A stretch of 62,022 nt of DNA, the filler included, from Sphacelaria rigidula (Eukaryota): the NCBI GenBank assembly GCA_964200075.2. It is 7 parts of 7 records of this genome, joined end to end, with 100 filler letters (N's around TTAATTAATTAA, not from the genome) between each part and the next. Parts side by side here need not be neighbours in the genome. Positions count along the whole stretch, not along the records: positions 1 to 8,776 come from CAXNAA020010133.1; positions 8,877 to 17,651 come from CAXNAA020010134.1; 5 more parts are not named here. One strand, given 5' to 3'. Shown one piece after another: positions 1 to 12,815 of this stretch (within the stretch, counting starts at the first letter, position 1; each line of letters begins with the position of its first letter). A model generated the notes under the pieces. It was given only the letters and a program-made list of their open reading frames with translations. It searched no databases and had not been told where the DNA came from. The translations under genes and the position numbers were made by a program.

Positions 1-90
1 GCCTGAACCATACATGGTTACACCAGCAGTGGTCAACACGGTATGGGAGAGACCGGGGTAGCGGGGGAGCGGGATCGGCTGATATCAGGT

Positions 91-430
91 AAAACAGCGG
101 TTTCGGTCAGCGCTGTAAGCTCACAGAGTCGGTAAAATACGCTGAAGAAGTATCTACGCAATCGAGGGGCATTAGGCGGACAAGAAAGTCATTGGGCACC
201 ATCGCTGAAAGTGTGGGAAAAGTACTGTTTTGGGCTTGAACCTCATTTCATTGATGAACCTCATTCTATAGAATTATTTGTTAAATGAGGTTCAAGCCTA
301 AACCGTGCTTTACTCCACACTTTCAGCGATGGTACCTAGTGAGTTTTTTTCTGCCTTATGCCCCTTGATCGCGGAGATACTCTTTCAGCGCATTTTACCG
401 ACTTACAGCGCTGACCGGAACCACAATTTT
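91..430. repeat. Long inverted repeat (foldback/MITE-like), arms ~91-248 and ~284-430
   Basis: GGTCAGCGCTGTAAG...CCATCGCTGAAAGTGTGG...GGCTTGAACCTCATTT is mirrored by AAATGAGGTTCAAGCC...CCACACTTTCAGCGATGG...CTTACAGCGCTGACC. Further arm copies at ~480-670 and ~8270-8400. Confidence 0.85.
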
Positions 431-1516
431 CCCAGGCATCACCCCCCCCCCCCACCGCCCCTCCCTCAATAATCAGTGAAAAAGCCGGTTCCGGTCAGGG
501 CTGTAAGCTTACAGAGTCGGGAATATGCGCGGAAAGAGTGTCTACGCAATCGAGGATCATTAGGTCGACAAAACAAGCATTGGGTACCATCGCTGAAAGT
601 GTGGGAAGAGCACTGTTTTGGGCCTTAACCCCATTTTAGTGTACAGCCTCATTTGATAGAATTGTCTGTTTTTGGCTGCGCCCCGGCTATGCTGAGCTAG
701 AGAGCTACTATTAGGTATAATATCTGGGACTAACACGTGAATCTCTAGTCTTCCGGCAGTGATGCATAAGAACTGACTGCGTGACTGCATGTTAGAGAAG
801 CTGAGGTTTGTACGATGTGCACACGTGGGAGCTTGGTTTAGCTGGAACCATAGTATCTCCTGGAACTCGTACGGAGAGACCCCGGCCAATGCATTAATTT
901 ACTCCATCTATACCACACTTGGCGTCGATGAACGGACTTCGTTCTGCCTGGTTGGTGGAGTGTTAATCGTGTTGCCTGCATTGTAGCGTCCTGCAGTCGA
1001 TAGGTAGACGGCAAGTCGACTCCTATTTTTCTGCGTTTTTTACTTTTATAGGATAAGGTGCCCCTGTTATTCTGAATGTCGTACGTGTCGCGTTAGTCTG
1101 GGTTTAGTTGCATTGTACAATAGTAGATACTGCTGTGCGTTGCCTCCGCTTCGCGTCTTTCTGTACGTATCCGTCTCTCCCTTGGTACACTGCTTGCAGC
1201 TGCTGAGCGGTTTGCTGTAGCTGCCCTTCGGTTCTATCCCCGCCTGTTTCTCTCCACGTGAGCGCTGTAGTGACGCACTTCGCTGGTCGATTGACTACGC
1301 GTACGACTCGCCGGAGCTGCGTTGTAATTGTGCCTTGTGCATGCAGACAACCGGCACCCTGTCTTACTACAATGTGTTTATCCTGCCTTGGATAACGGTA
1401 TCGCACGCGCCACTGCGTCGCGTACAAACTGTGTGTCTGTCCGCCGATCACCATTACATGAGTGTAAGTTAGTCGTTGGTTTCGATGGTTCATACCATAG
1501 TAAACACGGGATTTCA

Positions 1517-2165
1517 CAAATTGGGGATGGGTCTTACATTGGGGATGAGAAATCCAGAGAAATAAAGTCTACGTATCCCCAACAAAATTTTCGAAATATG
1601 ATTCAACTTCTTCACTTGCTGTTAGCTATTGACCACTACTACACGCCATACAAATTTGAATTTCGATAGTCGGAATGTTGGGGCCCTAGGCGAAAAAATA
1701 TTTTTGGGGAATTCCGGCGACATGATCGGATTACCTTAATATTACTGATATTTTTTATTATTTCCGCACATTAGTCCGATCTCGCGAACCCTTGGTCACA
1801 GACGTAGGCTCTCCTTTCCAAAACCGTCCTTGCAATTCCTTACAAGACACATTACCAAAATAACGAAAAAATGAGAAGAGAGACGCCACGAAACCCGGTT
1901 AGAAGTAGCCCCCCCGAGTTCGACGGGGACAGAACAGAAAGAAAGAGAAACAAACAAACAAACGTAACCTTAATTCTCTCAAAAAACGGTAATCTAGGAC
2001 CCCAGCATGTCGATTATCAGGATCTAAATTTGTATGGTGTGCAGTAGTTGTCAATAGCTATCGGTAGGTGAAGGAGTGGACCTATATACGTAAGATCAGG
2101 TGTGGATACGAAATTGTTAATCCTCCGGGTTCTCATCCTCACTAAAAAAACTCAATCCCAAATTG
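1517..2165. repeat. Diverged inverted-repeat element (MITE-like), ~170-bp arms around a ~300-bp spacer
   Basis: The reverse complement of 1517-1690 aligns by eye with 1994-2165 (e.g. TAGCTATTGACCACTACTACACGCCATACAAATTT vs AAATTTGTATGGTGTGCAGTAGTTGTCAATAGCTA). Confidence 0.75.
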
Positions 2166-2783
2166 TATAACCCCGTGTCAGCAGCATTCGATTGATTTGC
2201 CTTTCGCCGAAATACAGCGCCCCCTGTACATAGACCAGCACCCCAGGTACTAGTAGATGCGCACCCCCCCCCCCCCCCCTCCTTCCTTGCGTGTTTGGGG
2301 AACCCCCACTGTGCAGCATAGTTCTGAGGTGTGGGAACCCGAACCGCCAGTCGCAACTCAATGACTTACATTAATGACAGCACACGCATTCGGTAATGAA
2401 CCCTGCGTTGTTGATGTTGGCACAACTGATTCGAGTCTACAGTTGTTATTCCCATCATTCTGGGAAAACGCCGCCTAACCTTTTTTCTTGTCATGGTGTA
2501 GTTTAATTTTTTTCCCGTCAACGATACTACCACAAATCGAGCCTCGTTTCGAGCCTCGCCTCATAATTCACGAACTGTGGTTCCAGCGACACGATTTGCT
2601 TCCGGATGTTACCCCACGTGTATTGCGTGACGACATCATGATATTTGCCCACATCATTTCAGTCCGGCCCGATTAATCTTTTCCCTGTAGTGCCAGATGG
2701 TTTCTGCCCCTTGTCGAGGATAAAGTAAAGACCCCGTATTCGCACAGGTACTCCTAGCGCACCATGTCCCCCCTATTACGCAC

Positions 2784-3290
2784 TTGCTTAGAAAAGGCGC
2801 CGCCTTTGTCTTCACCAAAGACATGGAAGCTATCGTTCGTGATTTGCTGAAAACGCTCACCGAAAAACCGTTCCTCTCTTTTCCAGACTGGGAGGCGGTG
2901 CGAGATGGTTCTCGCCTCTTTCAAATGCACACGGACGCCAGCACCGACGGGTTCGGCGCGGTCTTGAATCAATCTCAACTCGAGGGCTCTGTTAGACCCA
3001 TCCCCCATATCAGTTGCGTCACCCTGCCAACGAGGCCAACTGGAGCCCACTGGAGTTGGGAGGCGGGGTCATCACTTGGATCATAAAGCGTCTTCGGCAA
3101 TATTTGTTCCCCGTGCCTTTCAAAATCTACACGGATCACGGAGTACTTGTACAACTCGCCAAGGTAGGCGAACATAATCCGCGTGTGCAACGCTGGTTGG
3201 TGTTCCTGACAGCTTATCAGTATACTGTCAAACACCGCCCAGGCAAAGCCAACGGGAATGCTGACCGTTTCTCCCGCCTGCCCCTTCCTC
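2784..3290 (+). pseudogene. Gypsy pol RT-connection/RNase H (frameshifted near 3020)
   Basis: MHTDASTDGFGAVLNQ; NEANWSPLEL; FKIYTDHGVL; RVQRW...YTVKHRPGKANGNADRFSR are retrotransposon RNase H motifs. Confidence 0.92.
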
Positions 3291-4250
3291 TAACGGCCGT
3301 AGATCTCAGCCCAGCTTGCCGACTAAGTGAACCCGATGAACCAGGCGTGTACCTTATCCAACGTTTCTCAACGCCCATTCTCGCCCTTGACCTTCATTGC
3401 CCAGAGACGGGTATGCACATGGACGGCCGCCACCCCTTACCGTATGATGCAGTCTTGGGCGGGTAAAAGTTCACAAGCGCCAATTTCGTCGATTGCTGGA
3501 CTCTCGGTCCTCGCGCAAATATTTCAGTTTCGTGACCTCCAGTCATCCATCTCATTTCCGACAACACGCACTCTTGGTCTGCCGTCCGCGCCAACCCTCC
3601 CGCGCCCCGCCGCCACCGACAACACCTACTGCTCCCGGGAGCAACGTAGCACTGGCTCCCCGCAACAGCGCATCACGAGCCTTGGTAACACTCGCCACGC
3701 ACAATTCTCACAACAAGCGCCAAGCACGCTCTCCAGCGCGCATTACTTCGACAACGCCACCCTCAGCGGTACCACCAGTGCCCACCCTTTCTGATTATCC
3801 CGATGTACATATCGACAATAGCACCTCCGCCCCGTCGCCTGTTCCATCGCTCCCTGAGCCACTTTGCCTGGTCGGCTCTCCGGCGGAAGGCCAACTGCGC
3901 GAGTTCCTCATCAGTTACTCCCATCGTGACTGGGCTCGTGAACAACAAGCAGAATCATTATGCCGCGCAACCATGCGGTACCTTCATGTTGGCTGCCCTG
4001 CCCCTATCCCGACCAATGTTCTGGCCCCGGTTGGTACACTGCCACCACCAGATGCCTCTGAGGTGTACGAACTCGCACATCAAGGTACTATGTTCACAAC
4101 TGATGACGGTATTCAGCTGCTTGTCCGTCGCCCCACGCCCCAGCCAGGTGCTACTTCACCCGCGACCACTGGACGTCATGCACGCCTACTCGACGATAAA
4201 CCCACCCGGATATATATACATATATCACACTCTTTATTCCACCGTGGGTA

Positions 4251-5080
4251 ATGAAAGGCTGCCACACTGACCTGTCTTGCCACCTTGGTGTCACGCGCAC
4301 ATTAGCGTTACTCGAACGTTTCTACTCGTGGATCGGCATGGAAGTCTTCACCCGCTTCTGGATTCGGCGATGCTTTAAGTGCCAAGCTCGCAAAACCTCA
4401 CAGCAGACATTACGTTGGACAATCATTTCGATGGCACTTCCCAACGCCACTGGTCACCTCATGTCTTTCAATTATTTCGGCCCTTTACCGATCACTGACC
4501 GTGGCAACGCCTACATCTTACTCTTTTTCGACCGCTTCAGCCGCTATGCGTCCATGTACGCAGTCACCACTGGAGATTTCACACCGGCAGGCACAGCGAA
4601 CATCTCAGTTCACGACTATATGAAGCCCTATGGTTGTCCGAAACGGCTCCTTTCCGATAATGGTCAGCAGTTTTTCTCCGATCCCTTTGACGAATTGTTT
4701 ACGCTCCTGGGCATTTGCAAGAGAGCCACGAGCGCTTGCCACCCTAGTGGTAACGGTGGTACTGAAAGAGTTGACCACACCATGGCCCAGATGCTCTCTT
4801 TTGCAGTCAACGATCGTCTAAACGATTGAAATCTCCATCTTTCACATGTCATGCTGCCGCCTTATAACAACTCGGTCAACGCAGCTATCGGTATCTCTCG
4901 GAATGAGTTACACCCCGGCCGCTACCCCCGTCTGCCCATCACCGTGTTTGAGAGACACACCTTCGATGACCACCAAGGCTTGCATCAGGATCAGATATCC
5001 TACCATGACCTGGTGCGTGCACGCCAGCGCAAAGCGTTCACTCTCGTGCGTGAACAACACGCTACCAACGCTGCCGTAGT
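4251..5080 (+). pseudogene. Gypsy integrase (HHCC zinc finger + DDE core), disrupted
   Basis: CHTDLSCHLGVTRT...RRCFKCQARK; YFGPLP...FDRFSRY; LLSDNGQQF; GNGGTERVDHT; YNNSVNAAIGIS. Stop at 4827-4829. Confidence 0.92.
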
Positions 5081-5272
5081 CCCCTCAGCGCCCTCGCACG
5101 GACTATCTTCTTCGTCACCGCACAGGCACGAGAAGTCTCGTGATTTGTCTTGGGACCTGAGAATTATGTGGTGAAACGCACGAGAACTCCAAGATCTAAT
5201 AATGCTCTCTACAACGTGATGCACAAACGGTCCACTTGGAAGGTTGGCGATTGGGTCTGAGTTTACAACAAT

Positions 5273-6200
5273 TTGTCGACCATCCACCAAGACGTCGACA
5301 GAGCCGCCACTGAGACAGTCTTGAAGACTATGCTATCCCTTAACTGGACAGGACCATTCGAGATTCTGACCGTAGGATCCTCGCCATCGTTACCTGATGG
5401 CAAGCCTGTTGGTGACGAACTTCTTCACCTCGACCTCCCTCGCGATGTCCAGGGACATGACGCCAAATCTCGCGTCTCTGGGCACCGTTGTAAACCTTGC
5501 ACAGATCCGCAAAACACTAGCGATATGCCCAAGTATCTGCCTGCTGGTCTTACTCAATACGTGCTCAACAGCTACTCGATCAAGTCACTGCCTTATCACG
5601 TTACTATGCACGATGTGACGGAACAAGCCCTTCGCCTCACCGTGTCCCATATCTCTAGTCACCAGATCACCCGCGATCATAGAGGTAAGATTGCTGTCAT
5701 GTATAAAACTTACTGGTATGGCCTTCGGAGAGCGTCCTGGGGACGTTAATCCGACCTTTAGCTGCACCGTCGAGCTATTCTCCGTTACTGGACACAACCT
5801 CAGCAGCAACATCTTGCTAACAACAAGAAATATCGCAACATGCGCCACGGCGCAGCGGCACGCGAACTTCACCGTGGCAAAGGTTTACGCTTTGTCGCCG
5901 ATGGCTATGAATTGGTAGCCACCAAGCATTGGGAAGAAAAGATGATCCGTGCGAAACAGGATGTCCTCCCTAAAGCCGCCTACCTGTGGTACAAAGGCAG
6001 CGACAACCTCTGGTGGCTAGACCAGACCCACTCCACACACCTGAACGCGCCTGACACATACATCCTGCGCTTCATCGATGACCCTCGACCCGTGCAGCTC
6101 AAGCTCCGCCCAGAGCTTCATACCACCAGTCCATCCGCACCACGAGGATCTTGGTGTTTTCAGCAACTCAATTCGAGAGGCCTCAGCCGCGGAATCCAAC
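5273..6200 (+). pseudogene. Integrase C-terminal region: GPF motif, chromo-like domain, then Tudor/PWWP-like segment
   Basis: LNWTGPFEIL (GPY/F). SHISSHQ...VMYKTYWYGLRRASW resembles the chromodomain YxVxWxG...xW pattern. YLWYKGSDNLWWL...TYILRFIDD resembles the Royal-family WxK...WW...YxVxFxD pattern. In-frame stops near 5747-5761. Confidence 0.55.
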
Positions 6201-6974
6201 ATATCATCGATCGCACACATAATGTTAATGTACCACTTTATCATTCCACAGACCTCTTGCTTTTCAATCCACGACGTTTTCCTTATTCCCCTTTCCCTGT
6301 CGTCGAGATATTCCCCCCTTCTTTCATCAATCAGGACACATGAGTGCCACCCACCGACTTCTTCACAGCCTACAACCGGAGCTCCTTCGACGCACAACAA
6401 CAGACCACGAATGTATCTTGCCTGGAGCACCTTCATCCTCGGCTACTGGAGCTTTTCGTATTCTCGCTCTTTATTAGTATGACTGGCGATGGACCCCTTG
6501 CAGTATTTGAATTGCTGGTTCCTATGGTTCCCTCAGCTACCATGTGCTCGCCGCATGTGATTGACCTTTTGGCGGCTGAGTTTGGTATCTACCACTGGGA
6601 CCTTGTGCCCCTGCTATACCTTCTCTTTTGCCTCCTTACTTTGGCTAGCGCGTCGAAGCATTTTTGTGTTTTTCCGTTTGAGTTCGCTAGCCCGCAGCAG
6701 CATTGTGTGCTCCTGCGTCTTCAAGCGCATCTGCGCGTTTGGTAGCAGATTCTGCTTCCCTTGTTTGCGGTGAAGGAGGATCGGGCAACGGGGTGGATGT
6801 TGCCCTCCAGGTCTGGGGTGTACTGTTTCTCAGTCGCTACGACCGAGTGCTTTTGTAGCATTCGAGTTCGCCTTCCTTGCTGCTCATGACCTGACATGGT
6901 GAAGAACCTCGATTTTCGTTGATTTTCGAGATTTCTCATCGCAACTGTAATAGAGGTTCGTCTGGGTGGGCTAG

Positions 6975-8063
6975 TGTCATGAGGCTACGATGAGTTTATA
7001 GTCAAATCCCGTACCGTTCAGTTACGGGTCTGATTAGGCTTGACTACGTTGGGCGTGAATTCGATAAAAAGGAACAGGCTACGGGTTAAGCAGCACCCCC
7101 CGTCGTTTACTCGCTAGGTGAAGCTTACTGCTGAGCATTGCTATAGCCGGTGAGCAACGCGAAAGAGCATTGAACAGAGCGATAACGAATACGAGTGAAC
7201 AAGAGTTTTTAAGATCAAGTGAAAATAGCTCACCGCGTGAAGCTGTCTTGAGGTATCTTGCTTCGGACACGATTTACGAGCTGCGTTGTGCTGAATACTG
7301 GACCGGTCGATCCATCTGCACAATCTGAGGCGTGCTACCCAGAAGCGCGCCTGACAAGTCCAGCCGCCACTTCCATCAGCGTTGAATGGAGGATACGATT
7401 CGATCTTACGTACTTGTGTGAACTCTGGATTTTTTTCCAGGATTGTGGATGCTTGGACTCAGCCACCTCGGTCCCCGACGCAGCCACTCTCCTTCGTTGG
7501 CACCAGCTCTCTGCTTTGAGAATAGACTGTATTTCATATTCTGTCTTGACCGCGTGAGAGCCGATTGCAACCATCTGTCTTTTTTTACCTTCTGCTCCAC
7601 AAGCAAGTGGTCTAACCACCACGGTGCATCCTCTGTCATACACTACTGACGGCGCGACGATATTCGGTCCGTTTCGAGGACGGTTCCACACAACACGAGC
7701 CAATATTCTCGATAACGTCGTGAGTATTCCATCGTCATAAAGACGACATTACTGATGGGTGCCCGACGTTGTGAGTTGTGGGCATGTTGTTGATTTTTAA
7801 CTGGTTACAGCAGTGGCGGTGGGTGCGAATCATGTTCCTCCTCGCTATCTTGTTTTGAAACGGCACTTATTGCTTCAGGATAAGGGTGTGAAACATGGTT
7901 GTGATCCTTACGCGTTGATCCTGAGCGTTTCCTGAGCATCCAAAGTGTGCCACTGCCGACGTTTTTGCCTTGCCTCCTGGTTTTGAAACACAAAAATACA
8001 CTACGAAGCTCAAATATGAAAAGCCATTTCAAAGCCTATTATGCAGTCCCTCCTCCTCAGACA
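6975..8063 (+). repeat. Candidate 3' LTR (~1.09 kb)
   Basis: Starts TGTCATGAGG shortly after G-rich GGGTGGG (PPT-like) and ends CCTCAGACA, an imperfect terminal inverted repeat with TG...CA ends. No 5' LTR in the contig to confirm. Confidence 0.55.
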
Positions 8064-8776
8064 TGTTGCTCGGTCTAGAGATTTCTTGGAAACACACATG
8101 TATATGGTTGATATAACTAACCTCCGATCGTCCTGCTCCCCCCCTCCTCTCTGCTTCCCCCCTCAAAAGAACCCCCGACGCATTTCGGAAACCCTCGGAT
8201 GCCCCTGGACAATCAGTGGAAATGAAATACTTCGGGGCTGCCTAACCCTAACCTTAACCCTAACCCTTCGCGATCGACGGGCATTAGGCCGACAAGAACG
8301 TCATTGGGCACCTTAGCTGAGAGTGTGGGGAAAAGCACTGTTGTGGGCTTGAACCTCATTTCATTATACAACCTCATTTTTTTTAATTGTCTATTGGAGG
8401 CTGTTCGAACATCCTCATTTTGCCCGCCGTCAACTTATCCTGGAGTTGGGCAAAACGAGAACTTTCGAACAGCATCTGCTGTTAAAATCCTATATACTGT
8501 ACTGTTGTCAGTGTATGAAAATGAACGGCGTAAATTATGTTTTCGGAGTGCAAAGTTTCCTCCCCGACCGGCACCCGCCTGGGGTTGGTTGTGTCGGGGT
8601 AGGCTAACTCCGTCGACAACACAACCAGCAAGTAAGGGAGGGTGAGTTAACCTACTGGCTTGTCTGCGTGTCGTGTCAGTGGTAACACAGCATACAGTCT
8701 AGGTAGTGAGCTACGTCGACGGTGCCAACATCGAGGCTCAATGCTGCAGCTGCGGGGTTTTACCCTAGAACGGGAA

Positions 8777-8876
8777 NNNNNNNNNNNNNNNNNNNNNNNN
8801 NNNNNNNNNNNNNNNNNNNNTTAATTAATTAANNNNNNNNNNNNNNNNNNNNNNNNNNNNNNNNNNNNNNNNNNNN
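8777..8876. other. Artificial contig spacer (N44-TTAATTAATTAA-N44)
   Basis: Identical 100-bp spacers at 8777, 17652, 26527, 35401, 44275 and 53149. The linker has stops in all six frames. Confidence 0.98.
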
Positions 8877-9049
8877 ACACGTGGATTGGCGCAAAGCATG
8901 GGTGGATGCTCAGTGCACCAGCGATCAACGTTTTTCTCCCTTTTGGGCAATCAGGCCGAAGAAATCGTGGATTTGGTGACTCTTAGTCGCGACGATTCGT
9001 CCTAACCGTGGTAGCTTTCATCAGGACGGGAGATTCAACCGGAGTTGTG

Positions 9050-9300
9050 CTACAAATTTGAGAATACTTGATTCGAGTGTGAACAGCGATAATCGGATCT
9101 AAAGGGGGGCTCGACAGTCCCGTGTGCTCCTTGCGTGCGCCAGAACGCGTTTTCGTTCAAATAGGCGTCACAGGCGCCGATTTGAGGTCTACCAACGCAC
9201 CCTTTGCTTAGGGAATCCTATGCACCTCTCTTGCCCGAGGGTTCTCGGTATGCCTCGGGTTGGGGTTAGTTAGGGTTGGGGTTGTTGGAGTGCCAGCGAT
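9050..9300 (-). repeat. Dispersed repeat with telomere-like tract; second copy at ~36835-37070 in opposite orientation
   Basis: CCGATTTGAGGTC, GTTCTCGGTATGCC, CGAGTGTGAACA and the GGGTT tracts match the reverse complement of 36840-37060. Confidence 0.7.
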
Positions 9301-12026
9301 AGGTGTTAAAATGTGTCCACCATGGATATAATGAAGCCCATCTCCGGTCAACCGACCTCCAGTGGGACGAGAAAGACGCGGGTTCGCCGCCAGATGCGCA
9401 TAAAATATGTACGTTTTTTCTTTATAAAAAAATATTTTTTTCAACAAAAAAAAAAATCTCGTCGTTTGAGGCGTGAAAACGTGAGTAAGCTACAGAAAAA
9501 AAGGGTATGTTAGGCTGACTTCGTCAGACCACAGTCGACGCGGTTTGCGGGAGTGTGTCGACCCGACCCGCGAAATATGTCAAAAATGTAAGGCGTGTGC
9601 TGTACAGGGGGAGGGAGAGACGGGTTGATTGATGTCTCGAGACAGATCACGGAACTCGTAAAGAAGGGGAGGAGTTAGGAATTAGACAAAAAAACAAAAA
9701 CAGAGGGGCTCCCACAGCGACCAACCACTTTGAGTCGCGCCGAGAGCATAACTATTGTCCAGATGAAAGCTAGATCTAGCTGTAGAGACAGGCTTAAAAA
9801 GGGGGGGGGGCGGGCGTACTCATTTGTTGCTTGCCTTAGTCGTTCCACCATTGTAAAAAAAGAGTGGGGGGGGGGTCTAGTAGTGTTCTTCCGTCCAACA
9901 CGGTCACTGCGCCGGCACTACACTAGAACTGCGCGACTGGACAGGGAGGGACAACATCTCTACGCACCAAGCCCCGAAAAAACACGAACAGCCCCTCACC
10001 GCTCCGCAAATTAGCCCCACAGTCAGCCCTCGCTGGTCCATCTACACATAATCGTCTTACGAAAATACGATTAGTACCGGAGGAAGCGGGGGCCGCATGC
10101 GCGTGTCAAATCCACATCTTGGATAATGGCAATATATTGCATTGTGAATAATGTACTGCGTACATTGACGAAAGCTATTGCCTATTCTTTGTACCGGGGA
10201 GAGGTGGGTTGATCTCTTGAGACCACGGACTTGTCCCGAGGGAGGGGAGGGGTTCAAAGTGCGACAAAAAATAAATAAATTGATTAATTAAAAAAAAAAT
10301 GCAGTAAACGCAATAGTCGATACCGTACACAGTAAACCTTTTGACAATGCAAGTCTTATGTCATCATCCAGGGTGTGTTCGACTCAATTTCAACCGAAAA
10401 CGTGTCGTTGCTGACCCTCTTGTGTGGGTGTTTGTTATTCAGGTGCGCCTGAAACGAAGTACGGCACACGTCGGACAGCTCTTGAGCTAGCTCATCCGCC
10501 GGCTACAATTGTTCACCCGTGCTCAAACATGTGCAGATGAGGTACAGTATGGCGGTCTAACCATTCCTTTTTGTGCCATATTGTGAGTTTTTCGTAATGG
10601 GCGATTTTCTTGGAGTCTTTCCGCCTGTCACCGCTTGTCGCATTGGGGATCTGAAGATATTTGTATCCGCTCCACATTCCAAGGAAAAAAATATTTTCTG
10701 CACTCAACATATAGAATGACTTACGGGCTGACCGGTCATCGGGGGTCCTGCCACGTTTCAGCCTAAATCCTTCCTCTTCGGGATTATCGGTCAATCGAGC
10801 TTGTCTCGATCATATTTGTGAAGAAATGTATATATTTTTTTGAAATTATGTGTACTCATTGCACTAGAACCGAAAAACAATGTTGCACGGTCTATAACAC
10901 CCTCCTGATGAACGGGGTATTTACTCGGATCACTCGATAGCACCAACTAAGACTGACTTGGGCACTGTGTTCCGAGGAGGATCTGTTTATTGTGCCAACA
11001 TCTACCTACGCTAGCAATTTCGAGTTCTATCGAAGAGTAGTACGCGAAAAAAAAAAAATCCCTGAATAGTTAGACCGCACACTACTGTACCTCCGCTTGC
11101 CCATCCAGGGCAAACATGCGTAGGTCATGTAGCTCTCATAGCAATCTTGATCGGGATTAGTGCCGTGTATAGAAATAATCACAAACGTGAAATCGCACCG
11201 TCCAGTTGACGTTCGATAGAGCTACAGTCGCCATATTCATGTGTTCGCATGGCGAACCCAAGGTGACACTGATTGGTTGGGACACAGGCTGCGGGATTGG
11301 GCTGCGTAAACATGCCGTGAGGTTCTCTCGCTGTTGAACCCATTTTTTAGTATTTTTTGGGCGTGTCTCTGAGGAGCTACGCCGAAAAACAGCCAGCTCG
11401 GGCTGCAGGGGGCTGATCTGTCCCGATGTGTCGAGTACTGTTTCTCGGTGGATCGTGATCCAATTCAACCACATCCAACCACAACGCGCTCTCAGCTCAT
11501 CAATAGCCAAGGCTCGAGCTGAACTTTTTTTTGTCCCTAGCAGCTGCAGTAGGGTCCTCAGTTCCACGTGTTGCTGTGCTGTGTTCGATCGCGTGTCACA
11601 CTTCTGCAAGTGCCCCTGCGGTTGGTCCGTCTATGGCCCCTTTCGGGTACAGTATATGACTGATCATCGGTTTGCGAAAAAATGACTGCGAACTCCCCCC
11701 TCCCCTGACGAGTTATGAAAAAAATGTTGACATATACAGATTCCTGTTATTGTCTTTTTCGAGCGTGTCCGCCTTATTTTCATCTCGGGTACACCTATCA
11801 CATGGATCATTGTTATCAGGGGTACTCATGTTCTTGTGTTGTGTGGAACATGAGTATCCCTCCGCCTATCATTGTTGTTGAGAGTGCTTTTCACTGTTAT
11901 CAGGGGTAGGCTGCAAACCTCCCTTTCACTCGCAACTCCGCCCGGCCAGAAAGTTTCCGGGCACGGAACGCGACCCTCTCAAGGGATTGCCTTATCCCGT
12001 CCAGCCAACCGCAACAAAACGCCCAC

Positions 12027-12152
12027 CTGTTCCTCCGCCGCATTAGTGCACTGCCGAATTTCCTGGATGAAGTTATTGAGGCCGCGAGGCTGGTTCCCCG
12101 ACGCCTGGGTAACATTCCCCAACGCCTCCGACAGCACCTGTTTTACGCTCAT
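12027..12152 (-). CDS. AP2A: AP-2 complex alpha-adaptin, first coding exon (rest of gene not found in this contig)
   Basis: ATG at 12152 gives MSVKQVLSEALGNVTQASGNQPRGLNNFIQEIRQCTNAAEEQ then a GT donor (CAG|GTGGGC). RGLxxFIxxIRxC...EE matches the conserved alpha-adaptin N-terminus (RGLAVFISDIRNCKSKEAE). Confidence 0.8.
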
Positions 12153-12760
12153 GTTCAAGCCGTTACTTCGTTATCCTCCCACACTGCTACTGCAGCTCCC
12201 GGAATACACCCCGTGCTCCTGTCTCCCAGATATTCGAGGTCTCAACTGGGTCCAACACTTTTCCTTTCCCCCCCTGGCCGCCGTCTTTATTCCCACCCAC
12301 CCCTGCCTCTGTTGGGTTTCTTGTGGCGGAGAAATTTCTGCATGTTCACAGAATGCACAATGGATGCAAGCGAGGGAGGGGGACCGAGAGAGATAGAGTT
12401 CGCAATTCCAGGGTCGACAGATGGGAACACACGCTTTTACTATCACTTTATGATAGAAGTTACTTCCTCTCTTGATATGAGGACACCAGGTACAGGGACT
12501 GCACAACACTCAGCGCTGATACATCACGTATCCTTTTTAGTACAACAGTAGAGGGTACTGTAATGTCCTGCGTACGACGGAATACGAACGATACTGACTG
12601 CATGTGTCACACTCTTCGAGTAAGACAGTCAGCACATAGCAGTGCGATGCTGATCCAACCATAAATCACAGTGCAGCCAGCACACGGAGTAGTAACTGCG
12701 AGAAGCACATGGCCCTCCGCAAAGGTTCGGATTGGCCAAGGCGCGTGCAAGTATGGACAG

Positions 12761-12761
<1 letters not shown>

Positions 12762-12810
<49 letters not shown>
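12762..12810 (+). repeat. (CA)n microsatellite
   Basis: Perfect CA run. Others: (GT)n 27199-27242, (CAG)n 29788-29822 and ~49952-49976. Confidence 0.98.

Positions 12811-12815
<5 letters not shown>

Larger units (their letters stand above)
2760..8063 (+). mobile_element. Decayed Ty3/Gypsy LTR retrotransposon, 5'-truncated (no gag, protease or RT core seen)
   Basis: Domain order RT-connection/RNase H, then integrase, GPF motif and chromo-like domain, which is Gypsy order. Many frameshifts and stops. Candidate 3' LTR downstream. Confidence 0.9.

Noticed and set aside
680..1518. Possible solo LTR ending ...TTTCACA
   Set aside because: No matching TG end, TSD or second copy identified.
8821..8832. 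Regularly spaced TTAATTAATTAA as a biological or CRISPR-like repeat
   Set aside because: Assembly linker inside N runs. No CRISPR array or cas gene anywhere in the window.
10513..10794. 93-aa ORF with protein-like composition
   Set aside because: No recognisable domain; lies in the inferred AP-2 alpha first intron.
10895..10945. CTGATGA followed by a short stem (hammerhead-like)
   Set aside because: No GAAA core after stem II and no convincing stems I/III.
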